Of a DNA stretch of 64,000 bases, positions 61,001-64,000 are shown one piece after another (position 1 is the stretch's first letter; each line of letters starts with the position of its first letter). The stretch comes from Phoronis australis. Taxonomy: Eukaryota; Animalia; Phoronida. The translations under genes were made by a program, and so were the position numbers. Location: assembly GCA_002633005.1 (NCBI GenBank), contig NMRA01000306.1, positions 188,599 to 252,598 on the forward strand, given 5' to 3'. The notes under the pieces are model-generated. The model was not told the DNA's origin. It did not search any database and worked only from the letters and a program-made list of their open reading frames with translations.

Positions 61001-63354
61001 TTAAACCCTGTTTTGGCGAATTCAACCAATCCTCGATTTGTCACCTGCTAAAGCATCATTGAAGTGCCACTTAAGTAATAAAAGCAGGATTCAACTAAAA
61101 CTCATTGTCTTTGTGTCACCTATTTGGGGGGTTAGGGTTCTTGGTCGGTGCTTTTTCCCTACAGTTGTTTAACTCACCTAAAGCGTAGGTCACGCTTTGC
61201 CGGTTTAGCCGGCTGTGCAAGGAGTTTTCAAAATTTGTTCCAAGCTTTTAAGGTTTGCCACAGGCTAAAGGGTATTATTTTGTTCCAGAGAACAGGATGA
61301 AAAAGTCGTTTTTATAATCTATTGATTGGCCAAAACCGGGTTCGGTATCCTTTTAAACTCCCGCTGGAACTACTTTTTAATTAGCCAGTATTTTTTTAGG
61401 GTTACCAAAATGCACATTACTGGGTCACCAAGATGTTGATCTTCACCTCTTTGAATGGAGTGAACTTCACATGCGTGTCAGAATATGGCAACGATACGTG
61501 CAAGGAGGTGAGTGGTGGTTTGCCTATTGTTAAATGAACATGTTTAAAAGTTAACTGTTACTGAAATCATACGCAACCCACTGACTTGCAGAGGAAAGCC
61601 TGGCTGCAGTGGTACGCTAACAGATACATGTAATCACTTCTGTTGTACGTATACTGCCATCGTTTATCACCGATAACATGAATATTTTTTAAGTGTAGTC
61701 ACTCAACTTTCTTATAATTACAACAACAAATAAAGTTTCCCTGTTGTATCTCCGATGAAGCCGAGGTCAGCATGGCGACACCAATGTGACACTCAAGTTC
61801 ATTTCTGGCCATCCGATCTACACAATTCAGTGTTTTTCCAAAAGTAAGCCATACTGCAAGCGTATGCTGTATATTCGCGTATTTTGTCCCATGAAATTAC
61901 AATAAAGGCTGCACTCATATCCAGACTGAGGCACACACGCCTTGAGGAAAACTGGTAAAGCGGCTATAAACCTGCCGAATCCACCATGAAAGTCAGTTGT
62001 TGACCGGAAAGCACCGTAACAGCGCTTTCCTACTGGAGGCGAAAGTTCGCTTTTAGCGAAGCTTTGGTAAGTGGGAAAGGTCAACAACTCCAGTGGTCAA
62101 TCTGCAAGCGAAACTTCGCTGAAAATAGTAAGATTTAAAAGCGAAACTTCGGTACTGACCGAAACTTTGCTGTAGTGGGAAAGGTCAGTGCAAAACTTTG
62201 GCGGAATTATTGGTAGAGGTCGCCGCAACAATATACATGCAAGACCAATCGAGACTCAATGAGATATCCCGCAAAACGTTTTTCGTTGTTTGTGAAGAGT
62301 CAAATTACTCTGGAATATTTTAGCTCGTCATTCTTATTTCTGTTTGCACGTAAATAAATAAAAAAAACTCTCACCCGATGAAGAATGACACTGATCATTT
62401 TCATAAACCGAGCACAGGTAAATGACGGGAGAACAAATATCAGTTAGCCTTGAACCCACCACTCAGTATTTGCTTGAGAGTACTAATGAGGTGCGCCGTC
62501 TGGTGTTTACTTCGATGATTGAATCGCCATTTAGCGATAGCCTCGATATCGCTGCCTGGTGGAAAAGGTAAGCGAAGTTTAGGCGAAGCTTCGGTGAACC
62601 GAATATCCCGTAATGGGAAAGCAGGATTGTGAGCTTAAGACAGTTTGTTATTGCTTGAGACCAACGTCTACGAGTTTTGTGACGGTACGGTCTAAATCAT
62701 AAGTTTTGTTTCTTCGACAGATCTCGGGTTTATTTCCTTTTCAAGTAAAACGAGCGAGCAGTTTTTCTGTTTGGGTGAAATGTGACTGAAACCTTATAAA
62801 TAGGTAGAACTTGGCGTGTCTTCAATTCAACATTAACTATTAAACGATAAGAATAACGTGTTTTCTCTCTAAAAATACGCACGATTTAGGAAATAGACGC
62901 ATCGTCCTAAACCATGGTTGTGAATGGAAACATTGCTTACGTTGCTAAATGTTATCATTTGATGCTTGATAAGTCTTCTATGTTGGTTTACATAGTCCTG
63001 TTTTAGTACATATTCTTTCATAATGTATATTGGTCACTTTCACCTGTGTTGTTTTCATTGTCGTTAATCTCTTTCACACCGGTGTTAAGTAAACATTTAC
63101 TTACTTAATTTATTTATTTACTTACATGTACTTACTAACTTACTTACTTACTAATTTACTAGCTAATATACTATAACTTATTTACTAATTTACTTACTTA
63201 CTTGTCTCGTAGTTTGATGGAAACGTGAATTACAATGTACCAGTCGAGCAAGTATTTCCTACACGACAACAAGCGCGCTACATCAGAGTACAACCTCTGG
63301 GCTGGTACAACAACTTGAAGTGTGTTAAGTTGGAAGTGTATGTTTTTACACATG
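9958..63354 (+). CDS. Large secreted or cell-surface multidomain protein gene (signal peptide; 3 PAN, 4 CTLD, 8 FA58C/discoidin, 2 TSP1 in window); 42 coding exons, 3'-incomplete
   Basis: Manual exon chaining. Every exon is bounded by AG/GT, phases match at all 41 junctions, and the spliced frame is 6511 nt with no stop. Domain motifs: QVDLG, RYIRVxP, LRLEVY, WSxWxxWSSC, CKSADY, CPxGW. Confidence 0.9.
10310..10617. mobile_element. CAGTGGCGGA-type MITE with 5-bp TSD ATAAC
   Basis: ataac|CAGTGGCGGAC...ATCCGCCCCTG|ataac. Confidence 0.8.
14432..14726. repeat. 26-bp minisatellite, about 11 copies
   Basis: Unit approximately ATTTGCTTCTCATCATATAAAGGTCT, contiguous with no spacers. Confidence 0.92.
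15305..15358 (+). CDS. Exon 2: 54-nt linker (DCYNHNPEKETKEYFRNT)
   Basis: ttgcag|...CAG|GTATGT, phase 1-1. Same position and similar size as the mini-exons before PAN2 and PAN3. Confidence 0.65.
16509..16760 (+). CDS. PAN/Apple domain 1
   Basis: GLCDEASNSQF...SALECAKLCMNHGSCKSADYVNTTCTFH...VHLEFQCVV; 6 Cys; phase 1-1; donor GTAAGC. Confidence 0.88.
19075..19349 (-). mobile_element. Probable DNA-transposon ORF fragment
   Basis: YFAQDRPNYARWGTLFYQKL...GAFSVLR...FSRSAVELSLEQSV resembles, from recall, the NYARW-motif ORFs of invertebrate DNA transposons; fragmentary. Confidence 0.55.
19840..20420. repeat. Diverged tandem repeat with a 137-143 bp period
   Basis: GGTTACC at 19849, 19987, 20124, 20267 and 20409; the first four are followed by TTGAT(C/T)TAGCTCAA. 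Confidence 0.8.
20908..21079 (+). CDS. C-type lectin-like domain 1, exon a
   Basis: DACQSGWTSVDGSPCYLIRQQAAPMQQAVDFCDGIYSHVLFINS; ttccag acceptor; phase 1-2. Confidence 0.85.
22176..22405 (+). CDS. C-type lectin-like domain 1, exon b
   Basis: NYWLTT...CAKLNCIDSDCEWEEEDCGNSLSFVCEK; phase 2-1; donor GTGAGG. Confidence 0.85.
22760..22956 (+). CDS. FA58C domain 1, exon a
   Basis: SAFTASSSACAAKHLPSSSGGWCAGSNTNPNDYVQVDLG; phase 1-0; GTAAGT. Confidence 0.9.
23247..23767. mobile_element. Kolobok-like non-autonomous DNA transposon
   Basis: ttaa|AGAGGCATGGAACG...CGTTCCAGGCCTCT|ttaa: TTAA TSD and purine-purine termini. Inverted partial copy at 33430-33647; diverged relative near 46220-46765. Confidence 0.8.
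23851..24089 (+). mobile_element. tRNA-derived SINE
   Basis: A-box TGGCCTGGTTG, B-box GGTTCGAGTCC, AT-rich tail, flanking direct repeat AATATCTCTGTGGG (23837-23850 and 24090-24103). Confidence 0.85.
24894..25001 (+). CDS. FA58C domain 1, exon b
   Basis: PRSQHNQWVTLMEISVSIDGTSFECVKDDVSSSCKQ; 108 nt; phase 0-0. Confidence 0.88.
25036..25760. mobile_element. Dispersed repeat of about 720 bp ending in an imperfect hairpin of about 125 bp (25633-25757)
   Basis: Inverted homologous copy at about 34575-35198; arms CATGAAGTAATATCCCAC / GTGGGATATTACTTCATG. Confidence 0.75.
28090..28222 (+). CDS. FA58C domain 1, exon c
   Basis: FYGNYDAYAAVEQVFRARTRHLRIKPISYNAHKSMRLQVFVLKT; 133 nt; phase 0-1. Confidence 0.88.
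28466..28619. mobile_element. CAGGGGCGGA-type MITE in opposite orientation
   Basis: CAGGGGCGGATCCAGGATTTTGAG...TAAATCCGCCACAG; same family as 6488 and 10310. Confidence 0.7.
29040..29230 (+). CDS. FA58C domain 2, exon a
   Basis: LPDNSFSASS...QAWCAASNNDPEDYVQVDLGSERIITKTATQ; phase 1-0. Confidence 0.9.
29819..29926 (+). CDS. FA58C domain 2, exon b
   Basis: GRGNENSWVTSMEIYVSIDGLAFHCVTNKTDNLCIR; 108 nt; phase 0-0. Confidence 0.88.
30294..30426 (+). CDS. FA58C domain 2, exon c (copy 1)
   Basis: FTGNTDRHTFVEQRFYTSARYIRVKPLTIKTRKCLRLEVYASAP; 133 nt; phase 0-1. Confidence 0.85.
30457..30535. repeat. 22-bp minisatellite built from an exon/intron junction
   Basis: TTTATGCATTCGG|GTAAGATAG x about 3.5; matches the FA58C-2b donor region at 29914-29934. 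Confidence 0.85.
30818..30950 (+). other. Second, identical-looking copy of FA58C-2 exon c; probable haplotype duplication across a contig gap
   Basis: 29914-30455 recurs at 30515-30979 with intronic SNPs and an indel of about 80 bp. An N at 30456 separates the copies. Confidence 0.8.
31307..31506 (+). CDS. FA58C domain 3, exon a
   Basis: DLPASAFSMSGNPNGGCRPHYIPVDFIYGWCCDTNTLGNAYVQVDLG; phase 1-0. Confidence 0.9.
31916..32023 (+). CDS. FA58C domain 3, exon b
   Basis: GRTGHNQWVRTLRIYTSNDGSTFKCLRDASQGTCKV; 108 nt. Confidence 0.88.
32704..32836 (+). CDS. FA58C domain 3, exon c
   Basis: FEGNRDRFSPVSQRFQATARYIRIYPVTYYGHTSMRLEVYVESR; 133 nt. Confidence 0.9.
33430..33647. mobile_element. Partial inverted copy of the Kolobok-like element
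   Basis: Ends CGTTCCATGCCTCT|ttaa; reverse complement of about 23247-23470. Confidence 0.75.
34111..34316 (+). CDS. FA58C domain 4, exon a
   Basis: LPREAFSSTT...YAWCTSSGSDPNDYLQVDLGVQMIIAKVATK; phase 1-0. Confidence 0.9.
34575..35198. mobile_element. Inverted copy of the 25036-25760 repeat
   Basis: For example GAGGTCAGTGTTGAAGTGGTGCGGGAGGTGAATAC matches the reverse complement of about 25089-25123. Confidence 0.75.
35285..35389 (+). CDS. FA58C domain 4, exon b
   Basis: GYSSADYWVTTLGILTSTDGSAFDCVANSTGSCII; 105 nt. Confidence 0.88.
35905..36043 (+). CDS. FA58C domain 4, exon c
   Basis: FPGNADRSTAVEQVFPTLVSARYIRIQPHDYKNKKCLRMEVYGYIR; 139 nt. Confidence 0.9.
37118..37207. repeat. GC-rich imperfect palindrome of about 90 bp (small MITE-like)
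   Basis: GGGCATTCCCTCGCTGGTTCC...GGAACCAGCGACGGGTATTCCC. Confidence 0.65.
38206..38370 (+). CDS. Thrombospondin type-1 repeat 1
   Basis: YGGWSQWTQWSSCTCSEAVVRRRTRDCVEPAPKPGKFCLGESVQTQNCS; phase 1-1. Confidence 0.9.
38750..39190. repeat. CT-rich low-complexity tract with internal repeats of about 65 bp
   Basis: TCTCCATTTCTCCGTCTTCTCATTTACC occurs three times. Confidence 0.85.
39286..39342 (+). CDS. 57-nt TSP1-tail/linker mini-exon (DTEYQYCYDMQDIEIYADT)
   Basis: tttacag|...C|GTGAGT, phase 1-1; paralogous to 49890-49949. Confidence 0.85.
39740..40006 (+). CDS. PAN/Apple domain 2
   Basis: LCNLSIGSQL...SATECARACMVYPGCKSADYLNSSSNCVFK...HLEIGCTT; phase 1-1. Confidence 0.9.
40067..40217. mobile_element. 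Inverted copy of the 1442-1581 MITE
   Basis: Reverse complement of 1442-1581 with a short internal duplication (GCTAGGACCTA). Confidence 0.75.
40467..40635 (+). CDS. C-type lectin-like domain 2, exon a
   Basis: KCPPGWLSVDESSCYSVSTYKLNMADASTYCDRRNSHLIYIND; phase 1-2. Confidence 0.9.
40822..41039 (+). CDS. C-type lectin-like domain 2, exon b
   Basis: GDFWLLTG...KCFKLNCEGSECDFTSERCDNMLHAVCEM; TAAG acceptor; phase 2-1. Confidence 0.85.
41440..41645 (+). CDS. FA58C domain 5, exon a
   Basis: DLPNSAFSATRIFNGHYPAHHLKFNSGSSWLPPDAVDPDDYIQVDLG; phase 1-0. Confidence 0.9.
43001..43108 (+). CDS. FA58C domain 5, exon b
   Basis: GRANANEFVKSMEIFVSLDGVTFRCIEDEATGLCAE; 108 nt. Confidence 0.88.
43610..43742 (+). 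CDS. FA58C domain 5, exon c
   Basis: FPGNSQYLQGVDQVFRRRTRVIRVRPLTYQSRKALRLEVYVIKD; 133 nt. Confidence 0.9.
44254..44324 (+). pseudogene. Truncated duplicate of the 5' part of FA58C-6 exon a, with its own acceptor and an in-frame stop
   Basis: ttttcag|(A)APSSSALSLRNLPDEAFTATRY* lies 112 nt upstream of the intact ttttcag|(A)VPSSNALSLSDLPDESFTATRSY. Confidence 0.8.
44366..44568 (+). CDS. FA58C domain 6, exon a
   Basis: DLPDESFTATRSYQHHVMPKYAKFSLNNAWCTLIDDPEDYFQVDLG; phase 1-0. Confidence 0.9.
45219..45806 (+). mobile_element. Solo LTR (Gypsy-like) with a nested short retroposon 3' tail
   Basis: acag|TGATG...CATCA|acag (4-bp TSD); TATAAA at 45403; AATAAA at 45777. Nested (TTTA)n tail plus ATGAGGGTGGCC...ACTGCTTTCCA at about 45602-45682 recurs at about 50012-50102. 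Confidence 0.7.
46779..46886 (+). CDS. FA58C domain 6, exon b
   Basis: GYQSANHWTTSMMIYTSVDGESFTCVSEHMNETCTV; 108 nt. Confidence 0.88.
47368..47775 (-). mobile_element. 5'-truncated RTE-clade LINE (C-terminal end of the ORF plus microsatellite tail)
   Basis: KLRTTQRAMERKML...KWRWGGHVAR...RGRPQARWRDDI...WKALSEGYILQW*, then an (ATGAG)n tail; GGGACT flanks both ends. Confidence 0.9.
48194..48335 (+). CDS. FA58C domain 6, exon c
   Basis: FDGNVNYQTPVEQAFPTRQRWRYIRVQPVGWVSNLKCLKLEVYVYPY; 142 nt. Confidence 0.9.
48743..48910 (+). CDS. Thrombospondin type-1 repeat 2
   Basis: YGHWSSWNEWSSCSCSEIITTRRRERQCTNPEPLAGRFCLGMPYEISKCP; phase 1-1. Confidence 0.9.
48958..49082. repeat. 40-bp tandem repeat x3
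   Basis: TTGACATTTATGGCTACTAGTACTGTATCCGTCTTGGGCC. Confidence 0.92.
49890..49949 (+). CDS. 60-nt TSP1-tail/linker mini-exon (GTDEYEYCHDMQRRDIFADT)
   Basis: tttcag|...C|GTAAGT, phase 1-1; paralogous to 39286-39342. Confidence 0.85.
50194..50469 (+). CDS. PAN/Apple domain 3
   Basis: FCDLSVGSQF...SDTECARSCMADPGCKSADYSKSSLRCMFK...HLEMGCRT; phase 1-1. Confidence 0.9.
51294..51462 (+). CDS. C-type lectin-like domain 3, exon a
   Basis: KCPPGWLSVDGSSCYSVSTQKLTMADASKYCDRRNSHVVYVKD; phase 1-2. Confidence 0.9.
51711..51928 (+). CDS. C-type lectin-like domain 3, exon b
   Basis: GDFWLLTG...ECFKLNCNGKECEFSEENCNNTLHVVCEM; TAAG acceptor; 218 nt, same as its paralog. Confidence 0.85.
52547..52752 (+). CDS. 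FA58C domain 7, exon a
   Basis: DLPNSAFSASRIYHSNYASHYLKFNSGRSWFPPNAVDPDDYVQVDLG; phase 1-0. Confidence 0.9.
52924..53419. mobile_element. Foldback element of about 500 bp (arms about 230 bp, short loop)
   Basis: TTCATTCTCAAGTGGATATAAAATGAC pairs with GTCATTTTATATCCACTTGAGAATGAA; partial copy at about 24340-24520. Confidence 0.8.
53988..54422. mobile_element. PIF/Harbinger-like MITE, degenerate
   Basis: AAAGTGCCGTTTACAC...GTTTAAATGAGACTTT termini; internal TGACACGG repeats. Confidence 0.5.
54666..54773 (+). CDS. FA58C domain 7, exon b
   Basis: GRTSHNEYVKSMEIYLSLDGVTFTCVKDEVTRLCTK; 108 nt. Confidence 0.88.
55339..55471 (+). CDS. FA58C domain 7, exon c
   Basis: FDGNSVYNQGVDQVFRRRTRFIRVRPLAYQVRKALRLEVYIIKD; 133 nt. 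Confidence 0.9.
55938..56670. mobile_element. Element with inverted subterminal CCCACGA/TCGTGGG arrays
   Basis: C-rich ACGACCC array at 55945-56040 mirrored by a GGGTCGT array at 56572-56660. Confidence 0.6.
56843..57017 (+). CDS. Canonical C-type lectin domain 4, exon a
   Basis: ACPVNSWTINNDVCYYHDKFSRTWNGANTNCLSLGGSLAYIHNDQAHNFV; phase 1-2. Confidence 0.88.
57578..57800 (+). CDS. Canonical C-type lectin domain 4, exon b
   Basis: FWMGISDTSTEGTWETVEGSALSYTKWSNNPAQPNGGTTENCG...LWYDRDCDQTYTSLCQ; phase 2-0; GTAAGA. Confidence 0.88.
58280..58301 (+). CDS. 22-nt micro-exon (SSVGLQT), phase 0-1
   Basis: Long pyrimidine tract ending ttgtag, perfect CAG|GTAAGT donor; restores the frame between CTLD4b and FA58C-8a. 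Confidence 0.8.
58939..59141 (+). CDS. FA58C domain 8, exon a
   Basis: DLPDDAFTATRQYNGHMTPKHAKFSQHNAWCVDVNQPDDYLQVDLG; phase 1-0. Confidence 0.9.
60279..60597. mobile_element. CAGTGGCGGA-type MITE with 5-bp TSD CATGA (contains N at 60571)
   Basis: catga|CAGTGGCGGATCTAG...CTAAGTCCGCCTATG|catga. Confidence 0.75.
61001..61356. repeat. Dispersed repeat of about 350 bp; direct copy at about 63491-63845 and a partial copy at about 13350-13470
   Basis: Shared TTCAACCAATCCTCG, AAAGCGTAGGTCACGCTT, GGAGTTTTCAAA and CCAAAACCGGGTT. Confidence 0.75.
61400..61507 (+). CDS. FA58C domain 8, exon b
   Basis: GYQNAHYWVTKMLIFTSLNGVNFTCVSEYGNDTCKE; 108 nt. Confidence 0.88.
62022..62622. mobile_element. Harbinger-like MITE remnant
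   Basis: GCTTTCCTACT...ATGGGAAAGC termini; internal repeated GCGAAACTTCG and AGTGGGAAAGG. Confidence 0.45.
63095..63203. repeat. (TACT)n-type microsatellite abutting a splice acceptor
   Basis: Degenerate TTAC repeats including TACTAAC and TACTAAT, ending about 10 nt before the AG at 63212. Confidence 0.85.
63213..63354 (+). CDS. FA58C domain 8, exon c (last exon visible; gene continues)
   Basis: FDGNVNYNVPVEQVFPTRQQARYIRVQPLGWYNNLKCVKLEVYVFTH; 142 nt; ends at GTGAGT donor with no stop. Confidence 0.9.
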
Positions 63355-64000
63355 GTGAGTTTCTTTAAAAGACTTGTCAGACACTGTAGTATGATGAAAG
63401 ATAAGCGACTAAGTTGTTCGAAATTCGTTTGTTGTGAAGTTGAATTAACAGACCTATTCTGACCGATAACTTATTTTTTATTGGATATACTGAATCCTGT
63501 TGTGACGATTTCAACCAATCCTCGCTCTGTTACCTGCTAATGCATCATTGGCGTCAGTCTTGTAATTTAAAGCGGGAATCTATTAATAAGTCACACTGCC
63601 TATGTCAGAGATTGGAAATTATAGTCCTTGGTGGGTGGTCTTTTCCCACAGTTGCCGTGTAATTCGCTAAAAGCGTAGGTCACGCTTGCCCTTTTAGCAG
63701 ACTTTGAAAGGAGTTTTCAAATTTTCCTTCACATTTTTGAGAGTTGTCGAGGGTTACATAGCGTTATTTTATTTCAGACAACTGGATGTGGAATTCGTTT
63801 TTAATATCTGTTAGTAGACCAAAACCGGGTTTGGTGTCCTTTTAATGATAAGCTTTTGGCGTACTACAAGCAATTTGATTAAAAAATCAATCACCAGAAC
63901 TAGCCGGTGCAAAACCCAAAACCAACTAGTCACACGGAAATAAAACCCTTTACTGGTTGAAGGAATTTTGTTTTGATGGCATTCGCGCGAGACCGTGTTT

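Noticed and set aside
16509-63354. Three separate tandem genes instead of one
   Set aside because: No stop or new signal-peptide exon was seen between units; TSP1, linker and PAN exons join in frame through phase-1 sites.

Overview
This is AT-rich, intron-rich eukaryotic DNA, most likely from a marine invertebrate (inferred from its repeat types and domain content). Single-N contig joins occur at 20701, 30456 and 60571. Most of the window (9.9 kb to beyond 64 kb, + strand) holds one large multi-exon gene that the ORF track shows only as fragments. By hand I reconstructed 42 GT-AG coding exons (6511 nt, 2170 codons plus 1 nt) with all splice phases compatible and no stop codon; the gene runs off the right edge. 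Predicted architecture: signal peptide, then [linker-PAN/Apple-C-type lectin-like-FA58C x4-TSP1], [linker-PAN-CTLD-FA58C x2-TSP1], [linker-PAN-CTLD-FA58C-inserted canonical CTLD plus 22-nt micro-exon-FA58C...]. Notable points are a tandem supra-domain repeat, phase-1 domain borders, FA58C domains with an atypical cysteine pattern, a phase-adapter micro-exon, a decoy stop-containing exon copy and a duplicated exon at a contig gap. Introns and the upstream region carry a decayed LINE, an RTE 3' fragment, a tRNA-derived SINE, a solo LTR, Kolobok-like and 5-bp-TSD MITEs, foldback elements and minisatellites. No database searches were run, so novelty is unverified.
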